In this document: piece after piece, positions 17,482 through 25,690 of the stretch | Layout: each line of letters begins with the position of its first letter | Position numbering within the stretch: position 1 is the first letter of the stretch | Origin: a virus | Lineage: Duplodnaviria; Caudoviricetes | DNA length: 64,000 nt | Strand: one strand, 5' to 3' | Virus record (IMG/VR): IMGVR_UViG_3300044961_000667 | Position numbers and translations under genes: made by a program | The notes under the pieces: generated by a model | What the model saw: only the letters and a program-made list of their open reading frames with translations | Database searches by the model: none | What the model was told of the DNA's origin: nothing

Positions 17482-17800
17482 CTTCGTCCGTCCTTTCATC
17501 GAAAACGCCTGGCAGGAGAGTCCATCTCGTCCCGCCCTTGAGTACCTGCGCCGGCTCGTACAGCGCGAACAGCGTCACCTCTCCATCGAAGCTCTCCGGC
17601 AGCTCAAACCCGGCCTTCAACGCCTCAGCCCTGGCGAACTGCCTCTTCGATGTCACCTTGGCCTGCTGCTGCTGCGACAACGCCTTCCACGCGCGACGGA
17701 CTGCGGCTCTGCCGCGACGAATCTCTCGCTCGGAGACGTTCAACCACGCGTTGGAGAGCCACTCCCCTCCAACGGATCTGAATCGCACCTGCAAGGCCAT
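17378..17800 (-). CDS. Hypothetical protein (3' end uncertain, possible indel at 17502-17505)
   Basis: TGATG-coupled start; C-terminus overruns the next gene. Confidence 0.5.
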   Translation of the reverse strand: MALQVRFRSVGGEWLSNAWLNVSEREIRRGRAAVRRAWKALSQQQQAKVTSKRQFARAEALKAGFELPESFDGEVTLFALYEPAQVLKGGTRWTLLPGVFDERTDEDGKSRRGVRKADQRVHASAGHRRRPPRRSRGSGA

Positions 17801-18267
17801 CAGCTGACGCGAGCCTCCCACTTCATCTCTTCCTCGGCTTCCTTGGCGAGCACCGCCGCGCACGCCGAGCAGACGTTGGTGCCCGTCCGCCCCTCCATCA
17901 GGCACTTCAGCTTGGCGCCGTGCCCGTCAGTGCGCCCCTCGGGAGCGACCTTCGCCTCGAACGCCTTCAACTCCTCTTCAGTGGCGACAGCGACCAGGCC
18001 AGGAGAGACGCGCCAGCCGCCGGGGAAGCCCTTCACGTCGACCGTCACCGTCTTCGTGTTGACCGACTTCACCTTGCCAACGAGGCTCTGCCCGCGGCCC
18101 TTGAACTTCACCGCCTGCCCAGGAAGAAGGCGCTTCTCCGCCATCAGCTCCTGCGCCGCTGTCGCGCTCACCTGATTCCACCGCTGACGAAGAGCGTCGC
18201 TCACGCGCTTCAGATCTTCGTGGGTGCTGATCTTCGCCAGTGCATCAATCGCCTCTCGAACCGACAT
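17800..18267 (-). CDS. Hypothetical protein with SH3/KOW-like segment
   Basis: GKVKSVNTKTVTVDV..WRVSPGL. Confidence 0.75.
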   Translation of the reverse strand: MSVREAIDALAKISTHEDLKRVSDALRQRWNQVSATAAQELMAEKRLLPGQAVKFKGRGQSLVGKVKSVNTKTVTVDVKGFPGGWRVSPGLVAVATEEELKAFEAKVAPEGRTDGHGAKLKCLMEGRTGTNVCSACAAVLAKEAEEEMKWEARVS

Positions 18268-18285
18268 CTCCGTCTCCTTCGGGGA

Positions 18286-18693
18286 TCAACCCCACGTGAT
18301 GACTCCGTCGCCAGCCTTCTCGGCCAGCTCCAACAACTGCTTCGTCTTCTGTCGCAGGTAGCCGGGAGGACGGCCGCCGAAGATGACTCGCGGGCCGGGC
18401 TCGCCAGCAACCAGGCGCTGGGAACCATCCGGCTCAATCACGAAGAGTCGATTCTCTCCGCTGTCAGTCGCTGCCAGCCCTTCGTCGTGATTCTGAGGGA
18501 TGTCCCACAAGCGCCGGCGACACCGAGCAGCAAGCTCTCGGGCGCTGATGCTGCCGAGCAGTCCATCAGGTCCATCCAGCGGGATGTCGAGCCAGCGAAG
18601 GATGTCGCAGGCATTCACGTTGCTGACGTTGATCTGCCCCTCCCCGGTTTCAACGTCCGATGGGATGCTGGGGCTCTCGAAGGTGACCGACAT
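18286..18693 (-). CDS. Hypothetical protein
   Basis: RBS GGAGG; first gene after a promoter. Confidence 0.75.
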   Translation of the reverse strand: MSVTFESPSIPSDVETGEGQINVSNVNACDILRWLDIPLDGPDGLLGSISARELAARCRRRLWDIPQNHDEGLAATDSGENRLFVIEPDGSQRLVAGEPGPRVIFGGRPPGYLRQKTKQLLELAEKAGDGVITWG

Positions 18694-18743
18694 TCACTTC
18701 CTCCTGGTTCCCGCCTGGGTTGGCGGAGGTGGATTGTCAGAAC

Positions 18744-18776
18744 ATCATGCCAGACGATGCGTGTTTCGTCAAGAGG
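18744..18776 (-). promoter_or_regulatory. CCTCTTGAC-family promoter
   Basis: TTGACG-17-CATGAT. Confidence 0.8.
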
Positions 18777-18782
18777 CCGCGC

Positions 18783-18995
18783 TCACTCCCACTGAATGTC
18801 GCCCGGCTCAACCTTCACCGACCCGCCCTGCTGGCAGTGCCTGCAGAGGAAGTCGACGATGAACGGCGCTTCGTCGGCCTGCGTGGCCGACGTTGGATCT
18901 GCCTCGTGCTTCCCGTCGACTGCGACCTGGCAGTGCTCGTAGCAGGGAGGGGACTTCTTGCAGACCTTGCACTTCGCCTCGCTCTTCTTGCCCAT
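18783..18995 (-). CDS. Small Cys-rich hypothetical protein
   Basis: CKVC, CYEHC, CRHC. Confidence 0.65.
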   Translation of the reverse strand: MGKKSEAKCKVCKKSPPCYEHCQVAVDGKHEADPTSATQADEAPFIVDFLCRHCQQGGSVKVEPGDIQWE

Positions 18996-19005
18996 GGTCG
19001 TTTCT

Positions 19006-19047
19006 CCGGGTGTAGCGGTATTCAGGCTCGGACGTTCGCTCGTGGGC
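19006..19047. repeat. Intergenic ~42-bp repeat, copy A (20-bp identical core CCGGGTGTAGCGGTATTCAG)
   Basis: Matches 22441-22482. Confidence 0.85.
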
Positions 19048-19075
19048 GGCTCTGTGCGGCAACGTCGCGCAACCG

Positions 19076-19089
19076 TGCAATCGATTGCG
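19076..19089. repeat. TGCAATCGATTGCG palindromic site, copy 3 (intergenic)
   Basis: Exact match. Confidence 0.85.
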
Positions 19090-19094
19090 CGACT

Positions 19095-19110
19095 CGTTCC
19101 ACGTGGAACA
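19095..19110. promoter_or_regulatory. parS: parS centromere-like site
   Basis: CGTTCCACGTGGAACA with perfect 14-bp palindromic core, intergenic. Confidence 0.75.
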
Positions 19111-19113
19111 GCC

Positions 19114-19500
19114 TCAGTTGAAGTAGTCGCCGCCGGTCGCGAGCTTCATCTTCTCGGCGGCCTTGGACAGGACCCCGCTCAGCTCCGAGAAGACAGTCTC
19201 GTACTCGTCGCCGTAGATGACAGCGACGGCCGAGCCGTCGTTCGGCCCGATAGACGGCGCCGTACAGTACTCGCTGCCGCTCAGCTGCCCTTCGGCGTCC
19301 GCGTACTGGTCCGGCGTGACGAGGAAGCTGCCACACGCCCCGCGGTGCCAGAGATCCGAGCCCACCGTGCCGCTCGACATGCCGTAGGCGTTGAGGAACG
19401 CCTGCACGTCGGGATCCTGGAGCACCTCTTTCGGGAACCAGTGGATCACGCTGCTGCTGTTGGTGATGAAGCCCACGTTCACAACAAGTCGCATCTGCAT
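19114..19500 (-). CDS. TNSSS-motif protein
   Basis: N-terminal GFITNSSS. Confidence 0.75.
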   Translation of the reverse strand: MQMRLVVNVGFITNSSSVIHWFPKEVLQDPDVQAFLNAYGMSSGTVGSDLWHRGACGSFLVTPDQYADAEGQLSGSEYCTAPSIGPNDGSAVAVIYGDEYETVFSELSGVLSKAAEKMKLATGGDYFN

Positions 19501-19502
19501 CG

Positions 19503-20867
19503 TCAGTCCTCTCTCTCCGTCCTCATCACGAGAGCGAATCTCTCGCTGAACGGCTTGTTCTCTTCCTCGGTCAGCTTGCGGCCGAGCTTCTTCTCCAGAT
19601 CCGTCATCTCCTTGATGACCTGGCGCATCTCCACGTCACGCTTGGCATCGGCCGTCAACGGCGGCTGGCCTCCGTTGTGCTCCGCGAAAGCGCAGGCGAA
19701 GTAGTGGTGCTTGCTCGGCGTCGCACACCGGTTGCGTTCGGCGCAGTCGTAGCACCGGCCTCCGTGTGCCTCTCCAGTGCGGAACCCGAAGCCCTTGTTC
19801 CAGACAGCCTGCAGCGACTCTCCTTCGAGCACCGACTTCGGGAGGAAGCGGCGCTCCTCCGGCGTGTCGTCAGGCTGCGGCTTGGCCGGCGGGTCGAACG
19901 AGCTGTGACTCATCCGCCCACGCGGGTCGACGTACGCCGAGAACAGGCCCTCCGAGCGCGAAGCGAAGGTGGTGCTCACACCAATCTCCGGGCGGCTGAT
20001 GAAGTACGGCAACAGCCCTTCGGAGAACGCGATCCGCATCTTCGCGTCGATCGCCCTCTTGAGCGCGTCCGGCAGCAACTTGCCGTACACCTCCTTCGAC
20101 ATGATGCGGCTCAGCGTGCCTCGCCCGACGTCGGGGTAGTACGCAAGCAACACCACGTTCAGCAGGCCGACCTTCTTCTGGAGGTCGACCAGGAGGTCGA
20201 TGTTCTTCGCGACATCGCAGTCGGCGATCACGTGGACGTTGACCTGCACCCGAAGCGCCTTCCGCAGACGCGCGTAGTGCTCCTCGAACCAGGCGATGCC
20301 GCGGTGCGCATGGAACGTCATCGCGATGCCGCCGCACACCTCGTTCGTGGCGTCGATCACGTCCTGGCGGAACAGGTGCCCCGCCGTCGTGTAGTTCGGG
20401 ACCGTCCCCAACTCGCGAGCGCGGAAGAGCATCTCCGGGAGATCCGGGTGAGCCGTCGGCTCTCCACCGCCGATGGCGATCTGGTAGGGCGCGTGGGCGA
20501 ACGACTTCAGCACGGTCTCGATGATCGACTTGGGCGCGTGCTTCTGGCGAGCCGTCGAGTCCTGGTAGCAGTACGTGCAGCCGAAGTCGCACCAGTCGGT
20601 GATGCTGATGTCCAGGGTCTCAGGCGAGGGCGAAAACGCTTCCTCTCTCCACCCGAACTTGGCCTCCCACGCCTTCCGCAGACCCTCGTCGTACTCGCGA
20701 CCGCCGAGCTTCCGGAACAGCTCGCTCCTCATCGTGTCGCCGTACGAGCGCCTGGTCTTCGGCTGGGCGAAACTCCGCACCAGCGTCCCCGTCGAGGGAT
20801 CGAACGTCGACTGGTAGAACACGACGCCCCGGAACTCGTTCTTCATCGACCGCAGCTTCGACATCAC
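19503..20867 (-). CDS. Radical SAM enzyme with C-terminal Cys cluster (SPASM/twitch-like)
   Basis: ITDWCDFGCTYCY, AIGGGEPTAHP, CYDC..RC..AC. Confidence 0.92.
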   Translation of the reverse strand: MMSKLRSMKNEFRGVVFYQSTFDPSTGTLVRSFAQPKTRRSYGDTMRSELFRKLGGREYDEGLRKAWEAKFGWREEAFSPSPETLDISITDWCDFGCTYCYQDSTARQKHAPKSIIETVLKSFAHAPYQIAIGGGEPTAHPDLPEMLFRARELGTVPNYTTAGHLFRQDVIDATNEVCGGIAMTFHAHRGIAWFEEHYARLRKALRVQVNVHVIADCDVAKNIDLLVDLQKKVGLLNVVLLAYYPDVGRGTLSRIMSKEVYGKLLPDALKRAIDAKMRIAFSEGLLPYFISRPEIGVSTTFASRSEGLFSAYVDPRGRMSHSSFDPPAKPQPDDTPEERRFLPKSVLEGESLQAVWNKGFGFRTGEAHGGRCYDCAERNRCATPSKHHYFACAFAEHNGGQPPLTADAKRDVEMRQVIKEMTDLEKKLGRKLTEEENKPFSERFALVMRTERED

Positions 20868-21067
20868 TTCCTCCGTTCCACTTCCTCGACAGCCGACGTG
20901 AGAAACGCGAAGCAGGCGTGCTCCGGCCGCACGTAGAACATCGCGTACAGCTTCCTCACGTTCACCAGCACGTCAGACGATCCGCCGTGCTTCTCCACCA
21001 ACGCCTTGACCCTCACGACCAACGCGTCGACTTCCTCCTGACGTACGATCTGAGGGACGAAGTCCAT
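20864..21067 (-). CDS. Hypothetical protein
   Basis: Translationally coupled ORF. Confidence 0.6.
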   Translation of the reverse strand: MDFVPQIVRQEEVDALVVRVKALVEKHGGSSDVLVNVRKLYAMFYVRPEHACFAFLTSAVEEVERRK

Positions 21068-21507
21068 CAGCCGACCTCGAACGAGACCGTCTCCTCGCCG
21101 TCAGGCGGCTCCATCATCGAGCCCCCGGTCTGCCAGGAGTCGATGGTGAAGGTGCCAGCTCTACCGTCCGTCGTAGAGCACCTCACTGAGAGCTTGAACG
21201 ACGAGCCGCGGAACGACGTGGAGTACTGGCAGTCCTTCACCTCCAGGACCTGCAGCGGCGTCGGCAACTGCTCGACGTCAGGATCTGCCTCGTTCCAGTC
21301 CTTCACCGCCCTCACCACCTCCTGCAACGCGACATCGGGCTGACGAAGCCTCTCCTGCTCCTGGACGCGGTCCTTCTCCATCTCGTCCATGAAGTCGCCC
21401 ATCAGCTCCCCACCGGATCGGCCTTGGCCCTCCTTCTCGGCCTCAGCAGCCCAGAACTCGGCGGTCGTCATCACCTTGCATCCCGTCACTGGATCGATCT
21501 TCGGCAT
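21067..21507 (-). CDS. Hypothetical protein
   Basis: RBS GAGGAG. Confidence 0.75.
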   Translation of the reverse strand: MPKIDPVTGCKVMTTAEFWAAEAEKEGQGRSGGELMGDFMDEMEKDRVQEQERLRQPDVALQEVVRAVKDWNEADPDVEQLPTPLQVLEVKDCQYSTSFRGSSFKLSVRCSTTDGRAGTFTIDSWQTGGSMMEPPDGEETVSFEVG

Positions 21508-21516
21508 CGTCTCTCC

Positions 21517-22122
21517 TCAGTCGTCGTCTTCTTCGCGCTCGCGGTCGCCGTACCAGTGGTTCTCGCGGATGTACTTCACCGCCGCCTCCGCCGAGGTGAA
21601 GGTCTTCACCTCGTTCTCGCGCTTCGTCAGCACCAGCTCGGACAAGTCGGGCTTCGCCCGCAGCTCGAACGAGCCGAACCGCGAGAGCGAGTTCTCGAAG
21701 ATGGCGAACCACACATACCCGTCTTCGTGCGGCGTCATCAGCGGCGCGAAGTGCTTCACGCCGGCGAGGTTCATCTGCTCGCTCTTGTCCGTGCGCTCGA
21801 CCTTGAGCTTGACCGACGCCTCCATCGTGTCGGACCAGTAGCCTGAGTGCCACATGTCGAACTCCTCGCGGAGCCGCTTCTCGAAGTGGCGGTACAGCAG
21901 CATCGACCCGCCGCCACCCTCCGCCAACTCCTTCAGCATCGTCTTCCAGTCGGGCCCGCTGCCATCGGCCAGGCGCAGCTGATCGCGCCGCTCCTCCAGC
22001 TTCCGGATCTCGTCGTAGAGCACCACAGCCTTGTCCTGTAGCGGCTTCATCTGCTCGAAGAGCGCGTTGCGTTCCTCGGACAGCTTCTTCATCTGCTGTT
22101 CGACCTGCTCGGCCTCGTTCAA
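21517..22122 (-). CDS. Hypothetical protein with N-terminal coiled coil
   Basis: TTG start, RBS AGGAG. Confidence 0.75.
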   Translation of the reverse strand: MNEAEQVEQQMKKLSEERNALFEQMKPLQDKAVVLYDEIRKLEERRDQLRLADGSGPDWKTMLKELAEGGGGSMLLYRHFEKRLREEFDMWHSGYWSDTMEASVKLKVERTDKSEQMNLAGVKHFAPLMTPHEDGYVWFAIFENSLSRFGSFELRAKPDLSELVLTKRENEVKTFTSAEAAVKYIRENHWYGDREREEDDD

Positions 22123-22176
22123 ATTCGTCTCCTGGCAAAGGCCAGGGGGAGAGATCCCCCCGGCCTCGCCGAGTCG

Positions 22177-22296
22177 TCAGCGGGTGGTGACAGCGAAGAG
22201 CTGCCCCAGCACCAGCTCTCTCACGAGGTGGGCTGCGGGGCGTCCCGCGTTCTGCTCACGGAAGCCCTCCGGGTCTGCTTCAAAGATGGCTGACAT
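22177..22296 (-). CDS. 39-aa small protein (MSAIFEADPEGF..)
   Basis: RBS AAGGAG; below the ORF-track cutoff. Confidence 0.45.
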   Translation of the reverse strand: MSAIFEADPEGFREQNAGRPAAHLVRELVLGQLFAVTTR

Positions 22297-22371
22297 CAAT
22301 CGCTCCTTGGTTGGGGAACATGCGCTTCCTCCTTCGTCTCCTCCATGGATTTGGGGGGAGGGGAGATTCTT

Positions 22372-22403
22372 AATCTACCAGACTGGCAGAGTTTGTCAAG
22401 AGG
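22372..22403 (-). promoter_or_regulatory. CCTCTTGAC-family promoter
   Basis: TTGACA-16-TAGATT. Confidence 0.8.
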
Positions 22404-22440
22404 AAAGAGCGTCGACACGCCTCTGGTGGCAGAGCGTTTG

Positions 22441-22482
22441 CCGGGTGTAGCGGTATTCAGCTCGTGTCTTTCGCTCGTAGGC
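22441..22482. repeat. Intergenic ~42-bp repeat, copy B
   Basis: Matches 19006-19047. Confidence 0.85.
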
Positions 22483-22514
22483 GCTCAAATGCGAACGCCG
22501 TCGCGCAGCTCGCG

Positions 22515-23039
22515 TCACCGATACGTCTTCCCCGACAGCACGTCGCTGACCACCGACTGACTGACCCCGAACCTGTCGGCTAGCTCCCGCTGCAGAACGT
22601 CTCCGGCTCCATACAGCCGCCGGATGTTTGCGACGTCGTCAAACGACAACTTCGACTCGTAGTGCTCATGCCCACGAGAGGCCGACATCAGTCTCACGGC
22701 GGTCAGCGCGTCGCCTCTTGCTTGTCGCCCCTTCGACACCATGTCACGAACATTGTCAGCTTGGGTTCCGTCGAAGAGGTGCCTGACGCAAAGCGGACGA
22801 TCACAGGAGTGAAGAATCTGAACGCCACGCCCGATCGGACCGTGCTCTAGCTCCCAGGCGAACCGGTGAGCGTAGACGTGATCCTTTCCGTCCCAGAACA
22901 TCCCGTACTTCAGAGAACTGCCACCAACCGATTTTGCGATCCAAAGCCAACACGACGACCCAAGCACCGGATGAACCGGTCCATTCTTGTCGACCTTCGA
23001 CCAGAACCTTTCTCGTGGGTCTTTCGGTTTCGGAGCCAC
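22515..23039 (-). CDS. HNH homing endonuclease (HNH_3 type) with C-terminal HTH
   Basis: RFWSKVD..CWLW..YG..AHR..ILHSCD..C..HL..GTQADN. Confidence 0.9.
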   Translation of the reverse strand: MAPKPKDPRERFWSKVDKNGPVHPVLGSSCWLWIAKSVGGSSLKYGMFWDGKDHVYAHRFAWELEHGPIGRGVQILHSCDRPLCVRHLFDGTQADNVRDMVSKGRQARGDALTAVRLMSASRGHEHYESKLSFDDVANIRRLYGAGDVLQRELADRFGVSQSVVSDVLSGKTYR

Positions 23040-24188
23040 TCACACCCTCATCGGCATCACTATATAACACATGTCGCCCGACTTCATCCTCGCCGGGGCG
23101 TGTTCGTCGTCGACGGCCAAGGAGATCTCGTCGCCTTCGGCTGACTTCGGCAGGTGCTTGCAGGCATCGAGCAGGTACATGACGTTGAAGCCAGCGGTCA
23201 CCTCCGTCGATCCATCGATCTTCTTCCGGATGGAGGCATCGACCTCCTGGCTCACCTCTCCGATGTCGGGGTCGTTGGTGTCGAGACGCAGCGCGCCGTT
23301 GATGCACACCTTCACCCCGTGCGTCTTCGTCATCGACGCCGCCAACTTCAGCGCCTTCTCGAAGCGCTTCCTGTCGACCTGGACGACGAACTCGTCCCGA
23401 TCGTCCTTCGGCACCACCTGCTGGTACTCCGGGAACTGCCCGTCGATGCACCGGAACGTCAGCCGCGCAGGCCCCACCCGGAACTTGCCGAGCATCGGAC
23501 CAGGTTCCGGCTTCCGCTTGCCGTCCCCGCGTCCATCGTCGAAGCCGGCGCTGATCGTGCGCTTGGGGAACTTCTTCTCCATCTCGCTCAGCACGATCGC
23601 CGCCTTCGTCGGCATGACGATGTGCGTCTCCTTCGGAACGCTGCCCACGTACAGCTCCGGCGTCGGAATCACCGCGAGCCGGTGCCCGTCGGTCGTCACC
23701 AGCCGCGTCGCATCGGCACCGCGGTCGTACAGCACGCCGTTCAGCACGAACCTGGTCTCGTCGGTCGACGCAGCGAACATGACGGCCCGCATCGCTCGAA
23801 CGAAGCCAGCCGTCGTGTCCTTCACCTCGATCATCCGCATCGGCACCGGCATGTCGGCGACGTTGCCTGGGGTCTGGAACTTGGCTGGACCGACCGAGAC
23901 CTTCCCCTTCTCCGGGCCCTCGATGACGATCTCCTCGTCCTCCAGCGCACGCACGACGTTGAGCAGCGTCTTCGCCGGCATCAGCACCGCCCCCTCCACC
24001 TCGATCTTGGGTGAGGGCACGAACACGATCAGCTCCAGATCGAGATCGGTCGCACGCAGGGTGACGCCACCCTCTTCGGTGCTCAGCATCACGCTGGACA
24101 GAATCGGAAGCGTCGTCTTCGCCTCCACCACCTTGCAGATCAACTCCACGGCCGGCAGCAGCTCAGCCTTGAACACAGTCGCCTTCAT
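23040..24188 (-). CDS. dnaN: DNA polymerase III beta subunit (sliding clamp)
   Basis: KTTLPILSSV, LRATDLDLE, FAASTDETRFVLNGV, LVTTDGHRL, IDGQFPEYQQVVP, GFN..YL, IVMPMR. Confidence 0.95.
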   Translation of the reverse strand: MKATVFKAELLPAVELICKVVEAKTTLPILSSVMLSTEEGGVTLRATDLDLELIVFVPSPKIEVEGAVLMPAKTLLNVVRALEDEEIVIEGPEKGKVSVGPAKFQTPGNVADMPVPMRMIEVKDTTAGFVRAMRAVMFAASTDETRFVLNGVLYDRGADATRLVTTDGHRLAVIPTPELYVGSVPKETHIVMPTKAAIVLSEMEKKFPKRTISAGFDDGRGDGKRKPEPGPMLGKFRVGPARLTFRCIDGQFPEYQQVVPKDDRDEFVVQVDRKRFEKALKLAASMTKTHGVKVCINGALRLDTNDPDIGEVSQEVDASIRKKIDGSTEVTAGFNVMYLLDACKHLPKSAEGDEISLAVDDEHAPARMKSGDMCYIVMPMRV

Positions 24189-24198
24189 CGAACCTCCA

Positions 24199-24489
24199 TC
24201 ACGCGGTTGCGGCCTTCGCTTTCGGTCGGCCAAGGAACTTCCCATTCCGGTACAGCACTCCATCCACTGAGTCGTGGACATCGATCCCGAGGATGCCCAA
24301 CACGTGCTTTAGCACGCAGGCTCGGTGCCCACGCACGATCAACGTGGGGCCGTCGATCACATAGGAGGCGCTGTTCGCCTCCTGCTGGTCGGCCGGCTCG
24401 GGGATTCTGGCGGCGTGCGCCCGCTCGCCACACACGCCACATGTTTCATCACGTTGGCAGCGGTAGACGAGGGCACGCAGCGGCTTCAT
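24199..24489 (-). CDS. Hypothetical protein
   Basis: ATGA-coupled start; CGVC motif. Confidence 0.55.
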   Translation of the reverse strand: MKPLRALVYRCQRDETCGVCGERAHAARIPEPADQQEANSASYVIDGPTLIVRGHRACVLKHVLGILGIDVHDSVDGVLYRNGKFLGRPKAKAATA

Positions 24490-24953
24490 CGCTTCTTCAG
24501 TCTGTCGAGGTCCTTCTTCGCCTTCCACTTCAGCTGGTCGGCGGTCAGCAGATCCTTCGGCTTCTCCTCGAAGGGACGCTGCTTCGACCTGCCGTCGAGC
24601 GACGCCTCGCTGACGAGGCGCTCATCGAACCCGAACGGGAACCGGAAGGACTCGAACACCCACAGGTGGTACTGGTTCGAGCCGTCGACCAGCCGCGACT
24701 CCGCAGGGTACAACTCGATCCCCTCCGCCTCAGGGGACACCAGCTCGTTCTTGATGCGCTGCAGGTCTCGCCAGTCGTGCACCGCCTCCTTGTCGAGGCG
24801 CTTCACCGACAGGTGCCACAGGGGCCCGAAGCCACCTGCACCGACGAACCGCTTGATGACCTGGTAGCGACTGTTGGTGAACACCTCGCCTTCGAGGCCG
24901 GCGGGCAGTTCAGCTGAGACCTTCTGGAAGCTCGTCCATTCGAGTGTCGACAT
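24486..24953 (-). CDS. DUF7694-like conserved phage protein
   Basis: HLSVKR..HDWRDLQRIKNEL..E.YP.ESRLVD..NQYHLW. Confidence 0.75.
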   Translation of the reverse strand: MSTLEWTSFQKVSAELPAGLEGEVFTNSRYQVIKRFVGAGGFGPLWHLSVKRLDKEAVHDWRDLQRIKNELVSPEAEGIELYPAESRLVDGSNQYHLWVFESFRFPFGFDERLVSEASLDGRSKQRPFEEKPKDLLTADQLKWKAKKDLDRLKKR

Positions 24954-24964
24954 CGACGTCTCCC

Positions 24965-25585
24965 TTACATGCACAGGCGGGCGAAGAGCGTCGTGATGGC
25001 GGTCGTTCCGACCATCACCTTGTTGGTGGCGGGGGCGCGGTAGCCCAGCCCCAACCCCTCGATGATGAGGTTCAGCTTCGCCGACACCTTCGTCCGAATG
25101 TCGTCCACCCAGACCTCCTGGCGGGAGACGATCTCCTTCATCTCGTCGGCGTCGCGTTCAACTTCGAGTGCGATCTGCTGGTACTCCTTCAGCTGGCTTT
25201 CGATGGCCTGCTTGAACTCGTTCACCAGCTCCCTCGCTTCCGCCGAGGTGAGGACGATCGGGTACTTGTGGGTGCGGAGCTTCACCTGCCGGCTGTCGGC
25301 GGGCGCCTTCTGCCCCGGCTTGAGGAAGAGGTCTCCCAGGGTGCCGAACACCGACTTCCCCTGGTTCATCTCCCGGAAGCGCTTCGCCTTCTCCTGCGCC
25401 TCCCCGGTCAGCTCCTTCTGCAGCTGCTTCTCCATGTAGAGGTAGCGCGGGAGGCAGCCAGCCCCTCGCTGGATAGCCGCCTCCACCTTGTTCTCCGCCG
25501 ACACCTTGCGGTCGTACGGGTTCGGCTTGGTGCCCTTGATGCGGACCGTCTGCTTGGGAGCTTCGTTCGTGTTGGTGTTGCCCAT
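24965..25585 (-). CDS. Hypothetical protein
   Basis: RBS GGAGG; first gene after a promoter. Confidence 0.75.
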   Translation of the reverse strand: MGNTNTNEAPKQTVRIKGTKPNPYDRKVSAENKVEAAIQRGAGCLPRYLYMEKQLQKELTGEAQEKAKRFREMNQGKSVFGTLGDLFLKPGQKAPADSRQVKLRTHKYPIVLTSAEARELVNEFKQAIESQLKEYQQIALEVERDADEMKEIVSRQEVWVDDIRTKVSAKLNLIIEGLGLGYRAPATNKVMVGTTAITTLFARLCM

Positions 25586-25628
25586 GGTTTCCTCCGGGGT
25601 GGTGAGGTGGGTGGTGATGCTGAGAACA

Positions 25629-25661
25629 ATCATGCCACCTGTCCGCTGGTTCGTCAAGAGG
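25629..25661 (-). promoter_or_regulatory. CCTCTTGAC-family promoter
   Basis: TTGACG-17-CATGAT. Confidence 0.8.
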
Positions 25662-25690
25662 AAACCAATGGTCCTGTCGTTTTCGCGCAC

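Noticed and set aside
19006-19025. GGGTGTAGC resembling a tRNA 5' end or att site
   Set aside because: No T arm or cloverleaf follows, and there is no integrase in the window.
22485-22514. RELRDGVRI* after the HNH as a leftover native dnaN 3' end
   Set aside because: Only the last codons (R, I/V, stop) resemble MPMRV*, which is too weak.
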